Shown one piece after another: positions 30,158 through 40,639 of a stretch of DNA of 64,000 nt; positions within the stretch are counted from its first letter, which is position 1; every line of letters starts with the position of its first letter. A model generated the notes under the pieces. That model worked only from the letters and a program-made list of their open reading frames with translations. It was not told the DNA's origin and searched no databases. Location of the stretch: positions 384,001-448,000 of the forward strand of contig CAXNJO010000001.1 of assembly GCA_964202905.1 (NCBI GenBank), read 5' to 3'. This DNA is from Polyangiales bacterium. GTDB taxonomy: Bacteria > Myxococcota_A > Polyangia > Polyangiales > JADJQN01. The position numbers and the translations under genes were made by a program.

Positions 30158-30262
30158 CGTCGACCGCCGCGTGGCGTCCGGTCGCGACGTGCCGCGCATG
30201 GCGGAGAAGTCGGCGCGCCACGCGCGTGGCGCAACCTCCGCGCAGCGGTCAGCGCGCGGCGG

Positions 30263-31204
30263 TCAGCGGGCGGCGCGCGTCTCGACCCACGCGATCACGC
30301 GCGCGGCGTGGTCGACACCGTCGAGCCGCGACATCTGCTGGATGCCCGTCGGGCTCGTCACGTTGACCTCGGTGAGCTTGCCGCCGATCACGTCGAGCCC
30401 CACGAAGTACAGGCCATCCGCGCGCAGACGCGCCGCGACGCCGGCGACGATCACGCGGTCGGCGTCGTCGAGCGCGGCGGCCTCGACGGTGCCGCCGACG
30501 TGGATGTTCGAGCGCAGGTCGTCCTTGCGCGGCACGCGCAGGATGGCGCCGAGCGGCTCGCCGTCGAGCAGCAGGATGCGCTTGTCGCCGCGGACCACGT
30601 CGGGCAGGTAGCGCTGCACCATCGCGACGCGTCGGCCGTTGTGCGTGGTCGCCTCGACGATCGCGTGGAAGTTCATGTCGCCGAGCGTGAGGCCCATGAC
30701 GCCCGCGCCGCCCGCGCCCGAGAGCGGCTTGATGACGGCGCGCCCGCCCACCTCGCCGACGAACGCCTGGATCCGCGCGGCGTCGTTGGTGACGAGCGTG
30801 TCCGTCATCAGCGCGGGGAAGTGGCAGGCGTAGAGCTTCTCGTTCGCGTCGCGCAGGCCGCGCGGGTCGTTCACGACGAGCGTGCGGCCGCGCAGCGTCT
30901 CGAGGATCTGCGTGCCCCAGAGGTACGCCTCGTCGAAGGGCGGATCCGTCCGCACGAGCACCGCGTCGACGTCGCCGAGGCAGACGTCTTCGAACTCACC
31001 GAGCGTGATCGGCCGCTGCGGGTCGCGCGCCATCGTCGCGCGCCGCAACTTCGCGTAGGCGACGCCCGCGCGGAGGTAGAGGTCGGTCATCAGGCAGTGA
31101 TCGACGCGATGACCGCGCGCCTGCGCCGACTCCATGAGCGCGAACGAGGTGTCCGCGTCGACTTGAACGGTGTGCGGCGGGTCCATCACGCAGACGAGAT
31201 GCAT
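30263..31204 (-). CDS. gshB: Glutathione synthetase (ATP-grasp)
   Basis: VMDP...DTSFALM, RTDPPFD, LRDANEKL, GDKRILL, RSNIHVGG and EVNVTSPTG. Confidence 0.95.
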   Translation of the reverse strand: MHLVCVMDPPHTVQVDADTSFALMESAQARGHRVDHCLMTDLYLRAGVAYAKLRRATMARDPQRPITLGEFEDVCLGDVDAVLVRTDPPFDEAYLWGTQILETLRGRTLVVNDPRGLRDANEKLYACHFPALMTDTLVTNDAARIQAFVGEVGGRAVIKPLSGAGGAGVMGLTLGDMNFHAIVEATTHNGRRVAMVQRYLPDVVRGDKRILLLDGEPLGAILRVPRKDDLRSNIHVGGTVEAAALDDADRVIVAGVAARLRADGLYFVGLDVIGGKLTEVNVTSPTGIQQMSRLDGVDHAARVIAWVETRAAR

Positions 31205-31272
31205 GGCGGGCCTCTATAGCGCCGCACGCCGCGCGCGAACAGGCGCGGCATCCGGCCCGGGACGAAGCACGT

Positions 31273-34130
31273 TCAGGGGACGGCGGTGCCGAGGAAGTGG
31301 GCGCGCGCGCGCGCGTACGCGTCCGTACCGACGTCGTGGCCGAGGCGGCGGCCGACGAAGTCGTCGGGCGAGATGTGGATGCCGCCCCAGATGCGCGACT
31401 GGCCCGCCTGGTCGGCGGCGTCCTGGTAGCTCGCCCACTGCAGGCGCACATCGGTCGTCGGGCCGCGCTCGAAGACGAGGTAGCGCGTCGCGGGCGCGAC
31501 GAACTCGTGGAAACCACCGGGGAAATAGGGGCTCCCGGTGAGCTGCGACATCACCTCGGCCGCCGCGCTGCTGAAGGTGCTGTGGCCCGAGATGAAGCCC
31601 GGGAACGCGGGCGAGACGAAGGTGCGGCGCTGGTAGGGCTGCCACTCGATGCCGCGCATCCAGCCGACGCCGCCCGTCTCCGTCGCGCGGTCCCCCGGTT
31701 CGCCGCGCCACGCGCGCACCGCGACCTCGCCGACGTGCAGCGCGAGGTGCGCGTGGCGCTCGCCGGGCGCGGAGCTCGCCTCGGTGACGACCTCGACGAG
31801 CCCCGGCTCGAGCGGCAGGCCCATGGCGTCGTACCCGGGGCCGCTCGGATCGCTCGACTGGCCGAGCTTCGCCATGTGCCGGATGAGCGTGATGGGGCGC
31901 GCGCAGGTGTATTCGCGCTTGATCTCCCAGGCGGTGATCGCGGCGTCGTGAGTCGCGGCGTTGAGCGCGAAGTAGACCTTCACATCCCACTCGAGCGGCG
32001 TGAGCTCCGGCCCCGCGCCCTCGAAGCGCCGCACGAGGCGCGTGTCGTCGGCGACCTCGTTGGCGAGCACGTCCCAGTGGCCGGGCGGCGTCTCCGACTG
32101 CGGCCCGTCGGCCCAGAACTCCGCGAGCACACGCCCGAAATCCGAGCGCTTCACCGCTTGCGGCGCATAGGGCGCACCGGTGATGGGGTTGGCCGCGAGG
32201 CCCGTGCCGTCGTTCGTGCCGAGCGTGTTGTTGCCATAACCGCCCGGCGAGCTGTCCATCATCGCGTCGTCGTTCGGGTCGAGGCGGCTCGAGAGGCGGA
32301 TGGCCTCGAGCACGAGCGGCTTCATCGAATCGTCGAAGCGGGGCGGCGTGCCGGGGTCGTGATGGAGCGCGTCGGGCGCGCTGCGCGACATCGCGAACGG
32401 CGTGACGTCGCGCCACGCGGAGCCGATGTAGCCCTGCACGCCGCTGCCGATCGGGATGCCGTTCTGCGTGACCGACACCGCGAGGTTGAGCGGCTGGTAG
32501 GCCGCCGGATCGGCCGCGAGCACGAACGGATCGTCGACGACGAGCGGCGCGTTGACGGACATGAACGGCATCGCGTCGTCGTAGTTCGTCGCCTCGCGCG
32601 CGCCGTCCGCCATGCCCGCGGCGATCACGGCCGCGCCGATGCGGTTGCCGAGCGCGCGCGGCGTGTCGCCGGTCGCCGTCGTGTCGTCGGGGTCGTAGCC
32701 GAGGCGACCCATCACGGCGCGGTAACAGGCGACGGAGAGCGCGCCGCCGATCGCCGGCGCGTAGCGGTGCGCGAGCACGCGGTAGGCCGCGTAGCTGATC
32801 GCCTCGGTGCGCGCGGCATCCACATCCGTCGCCGTGGGCTTCTCGCGCAGGAAGTAGCCGTCGGCCGTCGCGTCGTACGCCGCCCACGCGTCGTACATCG
32901 CGGCCGAGACGTGGAAGAGGTTGCGCGCGTGCACCGTCGGGCGCGGGATGTCGCGGCGGATCGACGCGAGCATCTGCTCGTTCCACTGCCGCGCGATCGA
33001 CTTGTCCGCGGCGCGCGTCACGACGTCGTCGGGACACACGGACGCGGGCGGCGGACCCGCATCGACGCCGCCATCGGCGGGCGGCATCGGCGACGCGATC
33101 GTCGCGATGGTCGGGCCGCGGTGCAGGATCGCGCCGCCGTCGAGCGCGGCGCCGAGCACGTTGCCGCCGACCGTCCACACACCGCCGCTCGGATCGACCC
33201 AGATCGCGTGGAGGGACTCGATCGTCGGCACCGCGCCGAGGTCCTCGCGCGTCCACGTCCCGCCGTCGCGGCGCGTGTAGACCTCGCCGCGCGCACCGCT
33301 CGCCCACGCCTCGGTCGGCGTCACGAAGGCGCCCTGCAGCAGCCCGACGGCGTCCGGCGTCTCGTCGCGCACCGCGTCGCCCGTCGCGGCGATCACCACG
33401 CAGTTGCTCGCGCCGCCGACGGCGACGAGCTCCGCGCCCGCGCCGTGCACGGTGAAGAGCGTGTTGTCGGTGGGCGTCGCGACGCGCGTCAGCGGCCCGC
33501 CCGCGCGCGAGACGAGCAGCGCGCCGCGGGAGCCCGCGACCCACACGGTGCCCGCGCCGTCGCCCCAGACCTTGAAGAGCCCGGCGACCTCGCCGTTGGG
33601 CAGGCGCGGCATGTCCGCGGGCAGGCGCAGGCTCGTCCACGCGGTGCCGTCGAAGCGCCAGACGAAGCCGCTTCGCCCCGCGCTGCTGCCGACGGCCCAG
33701 ACGTCGTCGTCGCCGCTCGCCCAGACGCCGAAGACGGTATCGCGACGCGACACCTGGTGTGGGAAGTCCGCGTGAAGTCCGTGCCGTCGTAGCGCAGCAC
33801 GGTCGCGTTTTCGCCACCAAAGTAGGCCGCGCCGCCCGGGAGCGCGTGCACCCACCAGAGATCGCCGCGCGTGCGCGTCAGCAGGCGCTCCCAGTTCGTG
33901 CCGTCGAAGTGCTGCACCACGGGCCCGCCCGCGCCGTCGGCACCGACGACCCAGACGTCGCGCTCGGACGTGCCGCCCACGGAGAGGAAGGCCTCGGGCT
34001 GCCGCTCGCCCACGACTTGCCAGCGCGCGGGGGCGGGCGGCTCGGGATCGTCGGGGCAGCCGGAGAGCGCGAGGAGCAACGCGGGGGCGAGCGCGAGGAG
34101 CGAGAACCGCGGGATGACCAAGAGGCGCAT
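31273..34130 (-). pseudogene. Lipoprotein with WxxDG-type propeller-like repeats fused to a vanadium haloperoxidase/PAP2-type domain; frame broken near 33745-33767
   Basis: Lipobox LSGC in ORF 33489..34130. Removing bases ~33767 and ~33745 restores DFTR-LPTPGVA-RDTVFGVW. C-terminal KREYTCARP, PGFISGHS and SRIWGGIHISPD. Confidence 0.75.
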
Positions 34131-34176
34131 GCGCCTGATTGTGCAAGCACCGGACCGACCCGCGCAAGGTACGGGG

Positions 34177-34689
34177 CTAGAGGCCCTTCTCGCGGATGAA
34201 GGCGTTCGTGAAGCGCATCGTCGCGTCGTAGGCGTCGCGCGTCTGCTTCTCGATGAAGGACTCGAGCGCGCCGCCGATGCCGAAGATCTTCGCCTCGAGG
34301 TCGACCGTGCAGATGCGCTCGATCGTCTTCTCGCCGCGCGCCTCGACCCAATATTCGCCGCGCGTCGTGAGCTTGTCGGCCATGCGGTTCGGCGTGATCG
34401 TGTAGCGCCAGCGCCGGCCGACGGGGTCGAAGCGGCCCTCCTCGGTGTAGGAGATCCCGTCGCCGATCGCCTTCTTCAGCAAGGCCGGCACCTCGAACGC
34501 GGGCTCCATCACGGCGCGCCGCACGATCGCGCCGTTGGGCTCCTCGCGCTGCTCCAGGAGCTCCCAGCGCTTGTAGCGGAGAGCCTCCGAATAGAGGCGG
34601 CGGTTGTACTCGGGGTCGAAGAACACCTTCGGCCAGAAGGTGGCCTCGTCGGTGTCGAAGAGATGCTTGAGGATGAGTTGGGTCGCCAT
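34177..34689 (-). CDS. DUF2505-like (SRPBCC/START-fold) protein
   Basis: 170 aa with good codon pattern. The YTEEG...W and ...KIFGIGGALESFI pattern resembles DUF2505 (from recall). Confidence 0.6.
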   Translation of the reverse strand: MATQLILKHLFDTDEATFWPKVFFDPEYNRRLYSEALRYKRWELLEQREEPNGAIVRRAVMEPAFEVPALLKKAIGDGISYTEEGRFDPVGRRWRYTITPNRMADKLTTRGEYWVEARGEKTIERICTVDLEAKIFGIGGALESFIEKQTRDAYDATMRFTNAFIREKGL

Positions 34690-34705
34690 CGGGGGGGCGA
34701 TCCTA

Positions 34706-35467
34706 TCAGGCCTCGACGGCGATCACGACGACGGTGACGTTGTCCTCGCCGCCGTGCTCGTTGGCGAGGCGCACCATCTCGCGCACGGCGTCCTCGATGC
34801 TGCCGTGGCCCAAGATGGCACGGATCTCGTCGTCGGTGATCATGCCGGAGAGGCCGTCGGAGCAGAGCACGTAGCGGTCGCCGGGCTGCGTCTGCTCGGG
34901 GACGAGGTCGACGACGACCGAGTCCTGCATGCCGAGCGCGCGGGTGATGACGTTCTTCGGCAGCTCGTCGCGCTGCTCCTGCGTCATCTCGGGCATGACG
35001 AGGAGGTAGTCGTTGAGCAGCGAGTGGTCGCGCGTGAGCTGCGTGATGTGACCGCCGCGGATGCGGTAGCAGCGGCTGTCGCCGACGTGCGCGACGTAGA
35101 CCTTCGAGCCGTCCTTCGAGAACAGCGCGCTGACGACGGTCGTCCCCATCCCGGAGACGGAGCGGTCGCGCGCGGAGGCCTCGTAGATCTGCTTGTTCGC
35201 GACCTTGATGCCGGTGACGAGTCGGTTCTCGTCGACGGTCAGGTGCGGGTCGAAGTGGAAGGGCCAGGTGGCGTCCTCCCCGGCCGTGGCCTGGAAGAAC
35301 GCCGCGATGGCATGCGTGGCCATCTTGCTGGCGACGTCGCCAGCCTTGTGGCCCCCCATGCCGTCGGCGACGACGAAGAGGTCGAACTCGGGGAGGATGC
35401 AGTAGCTATCCTCGTTGTGCTCTCGTTGCAGACCGACGTCCGAGAGCCCTGCGGCGGTGACGTTCAT
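34706..35467 (-). CDS. PP2C-type Ser/Thr protein phosphatase (Stp1/IreP family; myxobacterial Pph1-like)
   Basis: SDVGLQREHNED, VADGMGGH, GMGTT, HVGDSR, NVITRALG, LCSDGL and GGEDNVT. Confidence 0.95.
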   Translation of the reverse strand: MNVTAAGLSDVGLQREHNEDSYCILPEFDLFVVADGMGGHKAGDVASKMATHAIAAFFQATAGEDATWPFHFDPHLTVDENRLVTGIKVANKQIYEASARDRSVSGMGTTVVSALFSKDGSKVYVAHVGDSRCYRIRGGHITQLTRDHSLLNDYLLVMPEMTQEQRDELPKNVITRALGMQDSVVVDLVPEQTQPGDRYVLCSDGLSGMITDDEIRAILGHGSIEDAVREMVRLANEHGGEDNVTVVVIAVEA

Positions 35468-35610
35468 GGCGTCGAGCGCCCGACCTTTCAAGGAGAATGG
35501 GGAGGGCGAACGGTCATACGCGCGCGACCGCGTGTCAAGGACGTTCGCGGGCGCGCACCCGCGGACGCGCGTTGCCGCCCGTCGCGGGGCTTCTGATATG
35601 TTGCGCGCCG

Positions 35611-36675
35611 ATGAACAGCGGCACGAAGAAGATCGCGGTGATCCCGGGCGACGGCATCGGCACCGAGGTGGTGCGCGAAGGGGTGCGGGTGCTCGAGGCG
35701 CTGCGGGCGCTGCGCGGCTACCCGCTCGAGCTGTGGCACCTCGACCTCGGCGCGGACCGCTACCTCCGCGACGGCACGACCTTCCCGAAGGAGGTCGCCG
35801 AGACGATCCGCACCGAGTGCAGCGCCGTGCTGCTCGGCGCGCTCGGCGACCCGCGCGTGCCGAACCTCGAGCACGCCCGCGACATCCTCTTCGGCCTGCG
35901 CTTCGGGCTCGATCTCTACTGCAACGTGCGGCCCGTGGTCTGCCTCTCGGACCGCCTCATGCCGCTCCGCGGGAAGACCGCGAAAGACTGCAATTTCGTG
36001 GTGTTCCGCGAGAACACCGAGGGCATCTACGTCGGCATGGGCGGGCAGTTCAAGCGCGGCACGCCCGACGAGATCGCCATCAACGAAGATGTCAACACGC
36101 GCAAGGGCGTCGAGCGGATCATCCGCGCCGCCTTCGACTACGCCGTGGCGAACGGTCGCAAGCGCGTGCACATGGCCGACAAGTCGAACGCGATGAAGCA
36201 CGCGCACGAGCTCTGGTACCGCGTGTTCTTCGAGGTCGCGCGCGAGTACCCGCAGCTCGAGGCGAAGCACGTCTACGTCGACGCGATGTGCCTCTACCTC
36301 GTGCAGGACCCGGCGATGTTCGAGGTGGTCGTCACCTGCAATCTCTTCGGCGACATCGTCACGGACCTCGGCGCGGGCCTGCAGGGCGGCCTCGGGATGG
36401 CGGGCAGCGGCAACATCCACCCGGGGCGCGTGAGCATGTTCGAGCCCGTGCACGGCAGCGCGCCGCCGCTCGCGGGCAAGGACGTCGCGAACCCGCTCGC
36501 GACGGTGCTGACCATCGGCATGATGCTCGCGCACCTCGGCTGGCCCGAGGAAGAGGCGCGCCTCACCGAGCTGGTGCGCGAGGCCGTCGAGTCGGGGAAC
36601 TGCACGCGCGACGTCGGGGGCACGCTCGGCACGCGCGCGACGGGCGACTACCTCGTCGGGCGCCTGCGCGGCTGA
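35611..36675 (+). CDS. Isocitrate/isopropylmalate dehydrogenase family protein (3-isopropylmalate dehydrogenase-like)
   Basis: IPGDGIGTEV, FRENTEG, DKSNA, NLFGDIVTD and FEPVHGSAP. Substrate not resolved. Confidence 0.88.
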   Translation: MNSGTKKIAVIPGDGIGTEVVREGVRVLEALRALRGYPLELWHLDLGADRYLRDGTTFPKEVAETIRTECSAVLLGALGDPRVPNLEHARDILFGLRFGLDLYCNVRPVVCLSDRLMPLRGKTAKDCNFVVFRENTEGIYVGMGGQFKRGTPDEIAINEDVNTRKGVERIIRAAFDYAVANGRKRVHMADKSNAMKHAHELWYRVFFEVAREYPQLEAKHVYVDAMCLYLVQDPAMFEVVVTCNLFGDIVTDLGAGLQGGLGMAGSGNIHPGRVSMFEPVHGSAPPLAGKDVANPLATVLTIGMMLAHLGWPEEEARLTELVREAVESGNCTRDVGGTLGTRATGDYLVGRLRG

Positions 36676-36709
36676 CGACGCAACGGCCCAGCGCGCGGGC
36701 GCGCGGGGC

Positions 36710-39087
36710 TCAGCGCTCTTCGCCGACGCGGGTGCGATCGAGGGTGTCGGGCAGCGCGAAGGGCCAGCCGCGCGCGGGGTCGCGCAGGTAGCGATAGCGC
36801 GCGAGGTGCGTCGTCACGCGGCGCACGTAGTTGCGCGTCTGGTCGACGGGGATGCGCTCGACGAAGCGGGCGAGGTCGTCGTCGGGGATCGCGCGCAGCC
36901 AGCGGCGCACGCGCGGCCCGCCCGCGTTGTAGGCGGCGATCGCGAGCGGCCACTGCTCGCCGAACGCGCGCAGCAGCGACGCGTGGTACGCGGCCGAGAG
37001 GCGGATGTTCGTCTCGGGCTCGAAGAGGCGCGCGCGGTCGAAGGGCGCGAGGCCGATGCGCTCGGCCACGCGGCGCCCGGTCGAGGGCAGCATCTGGAGC
37101 AGGCCGATCGCGTCCGCGTAGGAGACGGCGTCGGGGTCGTAGCCGCTCTCCTGGCGCATGATCGCGTAGAGGTAGTCGTCGGGGAGCGTGTGCGCGCGCG
37201 ACGCTGCCTCGACGGCCTCGGCCCACGGACGCGGATAGGCCGCCTCCCAGAGCCATGCGTCCCCCGCATCGGGTGCACGGGCGAGGACAGCGCGCTGCGC
37301 GACGAGCCGATGGGCACGCGCGGCGTCGCCGAGACGCAGATACAAGGCCGAGAGCGCCTCGAGCTCACGGCCTGCGGGCGCGGCGCGGCGGAGCGCGTCC
37401 TCGTCGCGGCGCACGAGCGCGAGCGCGTCGGCGTCGAGACCGAGCGCGGCGTAGAGCGCGGCGGCCGCGGGCAGCGCGAGCGGCGGAATAGCCGATGGGA
37501 TGTCAAAAGATGGTGATTCCTCGGAACGGGCGGCCCGGCATGTTCGCCGAGCGACTCGAGCCGCGCGCGCGCGAGCAGCGCATACCAGTGCAGCGCCTCG
37601 GCCGCGATCGCGTCGCGGTAGTGACCGATGGCCGCGGCGCGATCGTCGGCGCGCTCGGCGGCGCGGCCCGCCCAGTAGTGCCCGCGCCCGCGGACGAGGC
37701 CGCCCGTGCCACTCGCGGCATAGGCCGTGAACGCCGCGCGCGCCTCGGCGAAGCGACCCGCATCCAGCCGCGCGAAGGCCAGCTCCGCGCGGGCCGCGCG
37801 CGCATCGTCGGGCGCACGCGCGGCGCGCGGACCGCGCACGAAGCGCTCGAGACGCGCGACGCCATCGGACGCACCGGAGCGCAGCGCGAGGAGCCCCGCG
37901 AGGTACTCCGCCTCGGCGGACTCGGGCGCGTCGGGGTGCGCGCGCACGAGCCGCGAATACGCGCGGATCGCGCCTGCGTCGTCGTCCGAGCGCGCGAGGG
38001 CGCGCGCCGCGTGGAAGGCGTCGGCCACGGCCGTCGGGCCACCGAGCGCGGCGGCTTGCGCGAGCACGCGCGCCGCCTCGGGATAACGCTCTCGCGTGCC
38101 GTAGAGCGCCATGCCCCGCACATGCAGCAGCCGGGCACGCAGCGCGCGCACCGCCGCGCCCCTCCCCGCCGGCGCGCGGACGCCCTCGAGCTCCGCGAGC
38201 GCGCGCTCGTGCTGGTGCGCGCGGGAGAGCTGCTCGGCCCGGGCGATGCGCTCCGAGACGCCGAGCCGGGCCGATGCCCCGGTGCCCTCGAGCTCGGCGA
38301 GGCGCGCGCGCGCGACGGCGTCCTTCGGGTGGTCGGGCCGCACGAGCACGAGCGCCCGCAGCACCCGCGCCGCCTCCCGACGCTCCCCCGCCTCGGTGAG
38401 CAGCGCGGCGAGCTGCAGACGCTCGGGAAACGCGTAATCTCCCGCTGCCTGCGCGGCCTGCCGCTGCGCCGCGAGCGCCGCCGCGAGGCGCCCCCCGAGC
38501 CGCGCACACACCGCCCGCTGCGCGTGCACCACGGCGCTCGGCATCGGCAACGCCTCGAGCAGCGGCGCGGCCTCGGCGCAGCGCCCCGCGCGCGCGAGCA
38601 GCAGCGCGTGGCGACGCGCGGCGTCCCGCGCGACCGGATCCGGCAGCCCACGCACGGCGGCGAACGCGTCGGCCGCCTCCCCCGCGCGACCGCGCCGCTC
38701 GAGCAGACGACCGCGCAGATAGCGCGCCGCGGGCGCGTCACGCTGCGCCTCGGGCAGCGCGACAAGCGCGGTGAGCGCGTCCTCGTCCCTCCCCGCGCGG
38801 ACGAGCGCCGCGATCGACGCGGGCACCGGCGCACCGTCCGTCGAGGCGCCCGCCTCCCCGGCCGGCGACCCACCCTCGTCATGCCCGCTGCCGGACTCCT
38901 GGGCGCACGCGCGCCCCACCCCGCCGAGACCCGCACCGCCGAGACCCGCACCGCCGAGACCCGCACCGCCGAGACCCGCACCGCCGAGTGACGTGCCCCA
39001 GATCCCCGCGCCGCAGAGCGCGAGCCGGCACGAGAGCACGAGCGCACGCGAGCGCGAACGAAGCACGCGCGCAGCCTGCGGGCGCAC
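36710..39087 (-). pseudogene. Soluble lytic transglycosylase (Slt-like, TPR superhelix plus SLT domain) with a frameshift near 37500-37530
   Basis: The TPR region in ORF 36814..39087 ends ...LESLGEHAGPPV. The SLT domain is in ORF 36710..38509: AIMRQES, AIGLLQMLPST, AAYNAGG, QTRNYV. Confidence 0.8.
38921..38988. repeat. 15-bp tandem repeat (CCGCCGAGACCCGCA) x4.5, encoding GGAGL repeats in the Slt N-terminus
   Basis: Four exact copies at 38921-38980 plus a partial CCGCCGAG. Confidence 0.95.
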
Positions 39088-39155
39088 GTCGGGCCGCGCA
39101 ACGGCGCCCGCGCTGCGTGGCGCGGCCGAGGCGCGTCGCGTACCCTGCGCGCCGC

Positions 39156-39548
39156 ATGCCGGGTCGCCGCCTCGCCCTCTCCGTCGCGCTGCTCGCGGCC
39201 GTCGCCCTGCCCTTCGCGGCGGGCTGCTCGCCGAGCATCGGCGATTCGTGCGGCGTCTCGACCGACTGCGACATCAACGGCACGCGCATCTGCGACCTCG
39301 CGCAGCCGGGCGGCTACTGCACGATCCAGGGCTGCGACGTCGGGACCTGCCCGGACGGCGAGGCCTCCTGCATCCAATTCCGCGCCGACGAGCCGCGCCT
39401 CGCGGAGTCCTTCTGCATGGCGTCCTGCGAGTCGGACTCCGGCTGCCGCACGGACGAGGGCTACCGCTGCGTGCAGGCCGCGCAGGTCGCCGGCGTCGTG
39501 CTCGACGGGCCCACGCGCTTCTGCGCGATCCCGCCCGCCGCGCCCTGA
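39156..39548 (+). CDS. Small Cys-rich lipoprotein
   Basis: Signal peptide with AAGC lipobox, then IGDSC...DC...C...PGGYCT..GC...CP...C...FCMASC...C...YRC...FC. Confidence 0.8.
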   Translation: MPGRRLALSVALLAAVALPFAAGCSPSIGDSCGVSTDCDINGTRICDLAQPGGYCTIQGCDVGTCPDGEASCIQFRADEPRLAESFCMASCESDSGCRTDEGYRCVQAAQVAGVVLDGPTRFCAIPPAAP

Positions 39549-39562
39549 CGGGGCGCACGCCC

Positions 39563-39598
39563 GCGGCCACGGAGCAGCGCGCGGCCACGGAGCAGCGC
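39563..39598. repeat. 18-bp tandem duplication GCGGCCACGGAGCAGCGC x2 (intergenic)
   Basis: Exact copies at 39563-39580 and 39581-39598. Confidence 0.85.
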
Positions 39599-39697
39599 CG
39601 GCCCGCGCGCGGCTGCGGGCGTGCGCACCCGCGCATCTGCGCCAACCATCCGAAAACTGGCGCATTTCCGCCCCTCGGCGTACTCCGCGAAGACACC

Positions 39698-40639
39698 ATG
39701 TCCGCGGGATTGCTCCGCTACCTCGGCGCCCGCTCCCTCCGCGCCCTGCTCACCGTGCTCGGCGTGGTGACGCTGGTCTTCCTGATCGTGCGCGCGGTGC
39801 CGGGCGATCCGGTCGACGCGATCCTCGGCGATCAAGCCTCCCCGGGCGATCGCGCCTCGCTGCGGGCCGCGCTGCACCTCGACGCGCCGCTGCTCACGCA
39901 ATACGCGATCTTCCTCGGCGAGGTGGGGGACGGCACGCTCGGGCACTCGTTCCGCCGCCGCGACGAGACGGTCGCCTCGCTCATCGCGCAGGTGTTCCCG
40001 GCGACGCTCGCGCTCGCGCTCGCCGCGTTCGCCGTCGCGTGGCTGCTCGCGCTGCCGCTCGGCTCGCTCGCCGCGGCGCGGCGCGGTTCCCGCTGGGATC
40101 TCGGCGCGCGCGCCATCGCGCTCTTCGGCCTCGCCGTACCCGGCATCTGGCTCGGGCCGCTGCTGATCCTGCTCTTCGGGGTGGTGCTGCGCGCGCTGCC
40201 TTTGCCGGGCGACGAGGGCGCGGGCGCGCTCGGGCTGGTGCTGCCCGCGCTCACCGTCGGCGCAGCGTTGTCGGCCGTGCTCACGCGGCAGACGCGCGGC
40301 GCGATGATCGAGGTCCTCTCCGAGCAATACGTGCTCGCGGCACGCGCGCGCGGTGTCTCCCCGCTGCGCGTCGTCGTCGTGCACGCGCTCCGCAACGCGC
40401 TGCTGCCGGTGCTCACGGTGGGCGCGGCGCAGCTCGGCGCGGTGCTCTCGGGCACGGTGATCACCGAGAAGATCTTCGAACGCGAGGGCCTCGGCTCGCT
40501 CTTCCTCGACGCGTTCTTCGCGCGCGACATCCCGGTCGTGCAGGGCTGCGTGCTCGTGGTCGCGCTGCTCTACGTCGCGGTGAACCTCGCCGTCGACCTC
40601 ACCTACGGGCTCGTCGATCCACGCGTGAGGCTGTCGTGA
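39698..40639 (+). CDS. Peptide/nickel ABC transporter permease (OppB/DppB-like)
   Basis: VPGDPV, LGHSF, EAA loop YVLAARARG...HALRNAL and RDIPVVQG. Confidence 0.93.
   Translation: MSAGLLRYLGARSLRALLTVLGVVTLVFLIVRAVPGDPVDAILGDQASPGDRASLRAALHLDAPLLTQYAIFLGEVGDGTLGHSFRRRDETVASLIAQVFPATLALALAAFAVAWLLALPLGSLAAARRGSRWDLGARAIALFGLAVPGIWLGPLLILLFGVVLRALPLPGDEGAGALGLVLPALTVGAALSAVLTRQTRGAMIEVLSEQYVLAARARGVSPLRVVVVHALRNALLPVLTVGAAQLGAVLSGTVITEKIFEREGLGSLFLDAFFARDIPVVQGCVLVVALLYVAVNLAVDLTYGLVDPRVRLS

Noticed and set aside
34700..34705. TAGGAT upstream of the DUF2505-like gene as another leaderless -10 box
   Set aside because: The spacing is 10 nt and the TAG directly follows the upstream TGA, so it may simply be a tandem stop.
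29230..37545. Programmed ribosomal frameshifting as the explanation for the three broken genes
   Set aside because: I saw no X-XXY-YYZ slippery heptamer or long homopolymer at the junctions, and the haloperoxidase-like gene would need two shifts.
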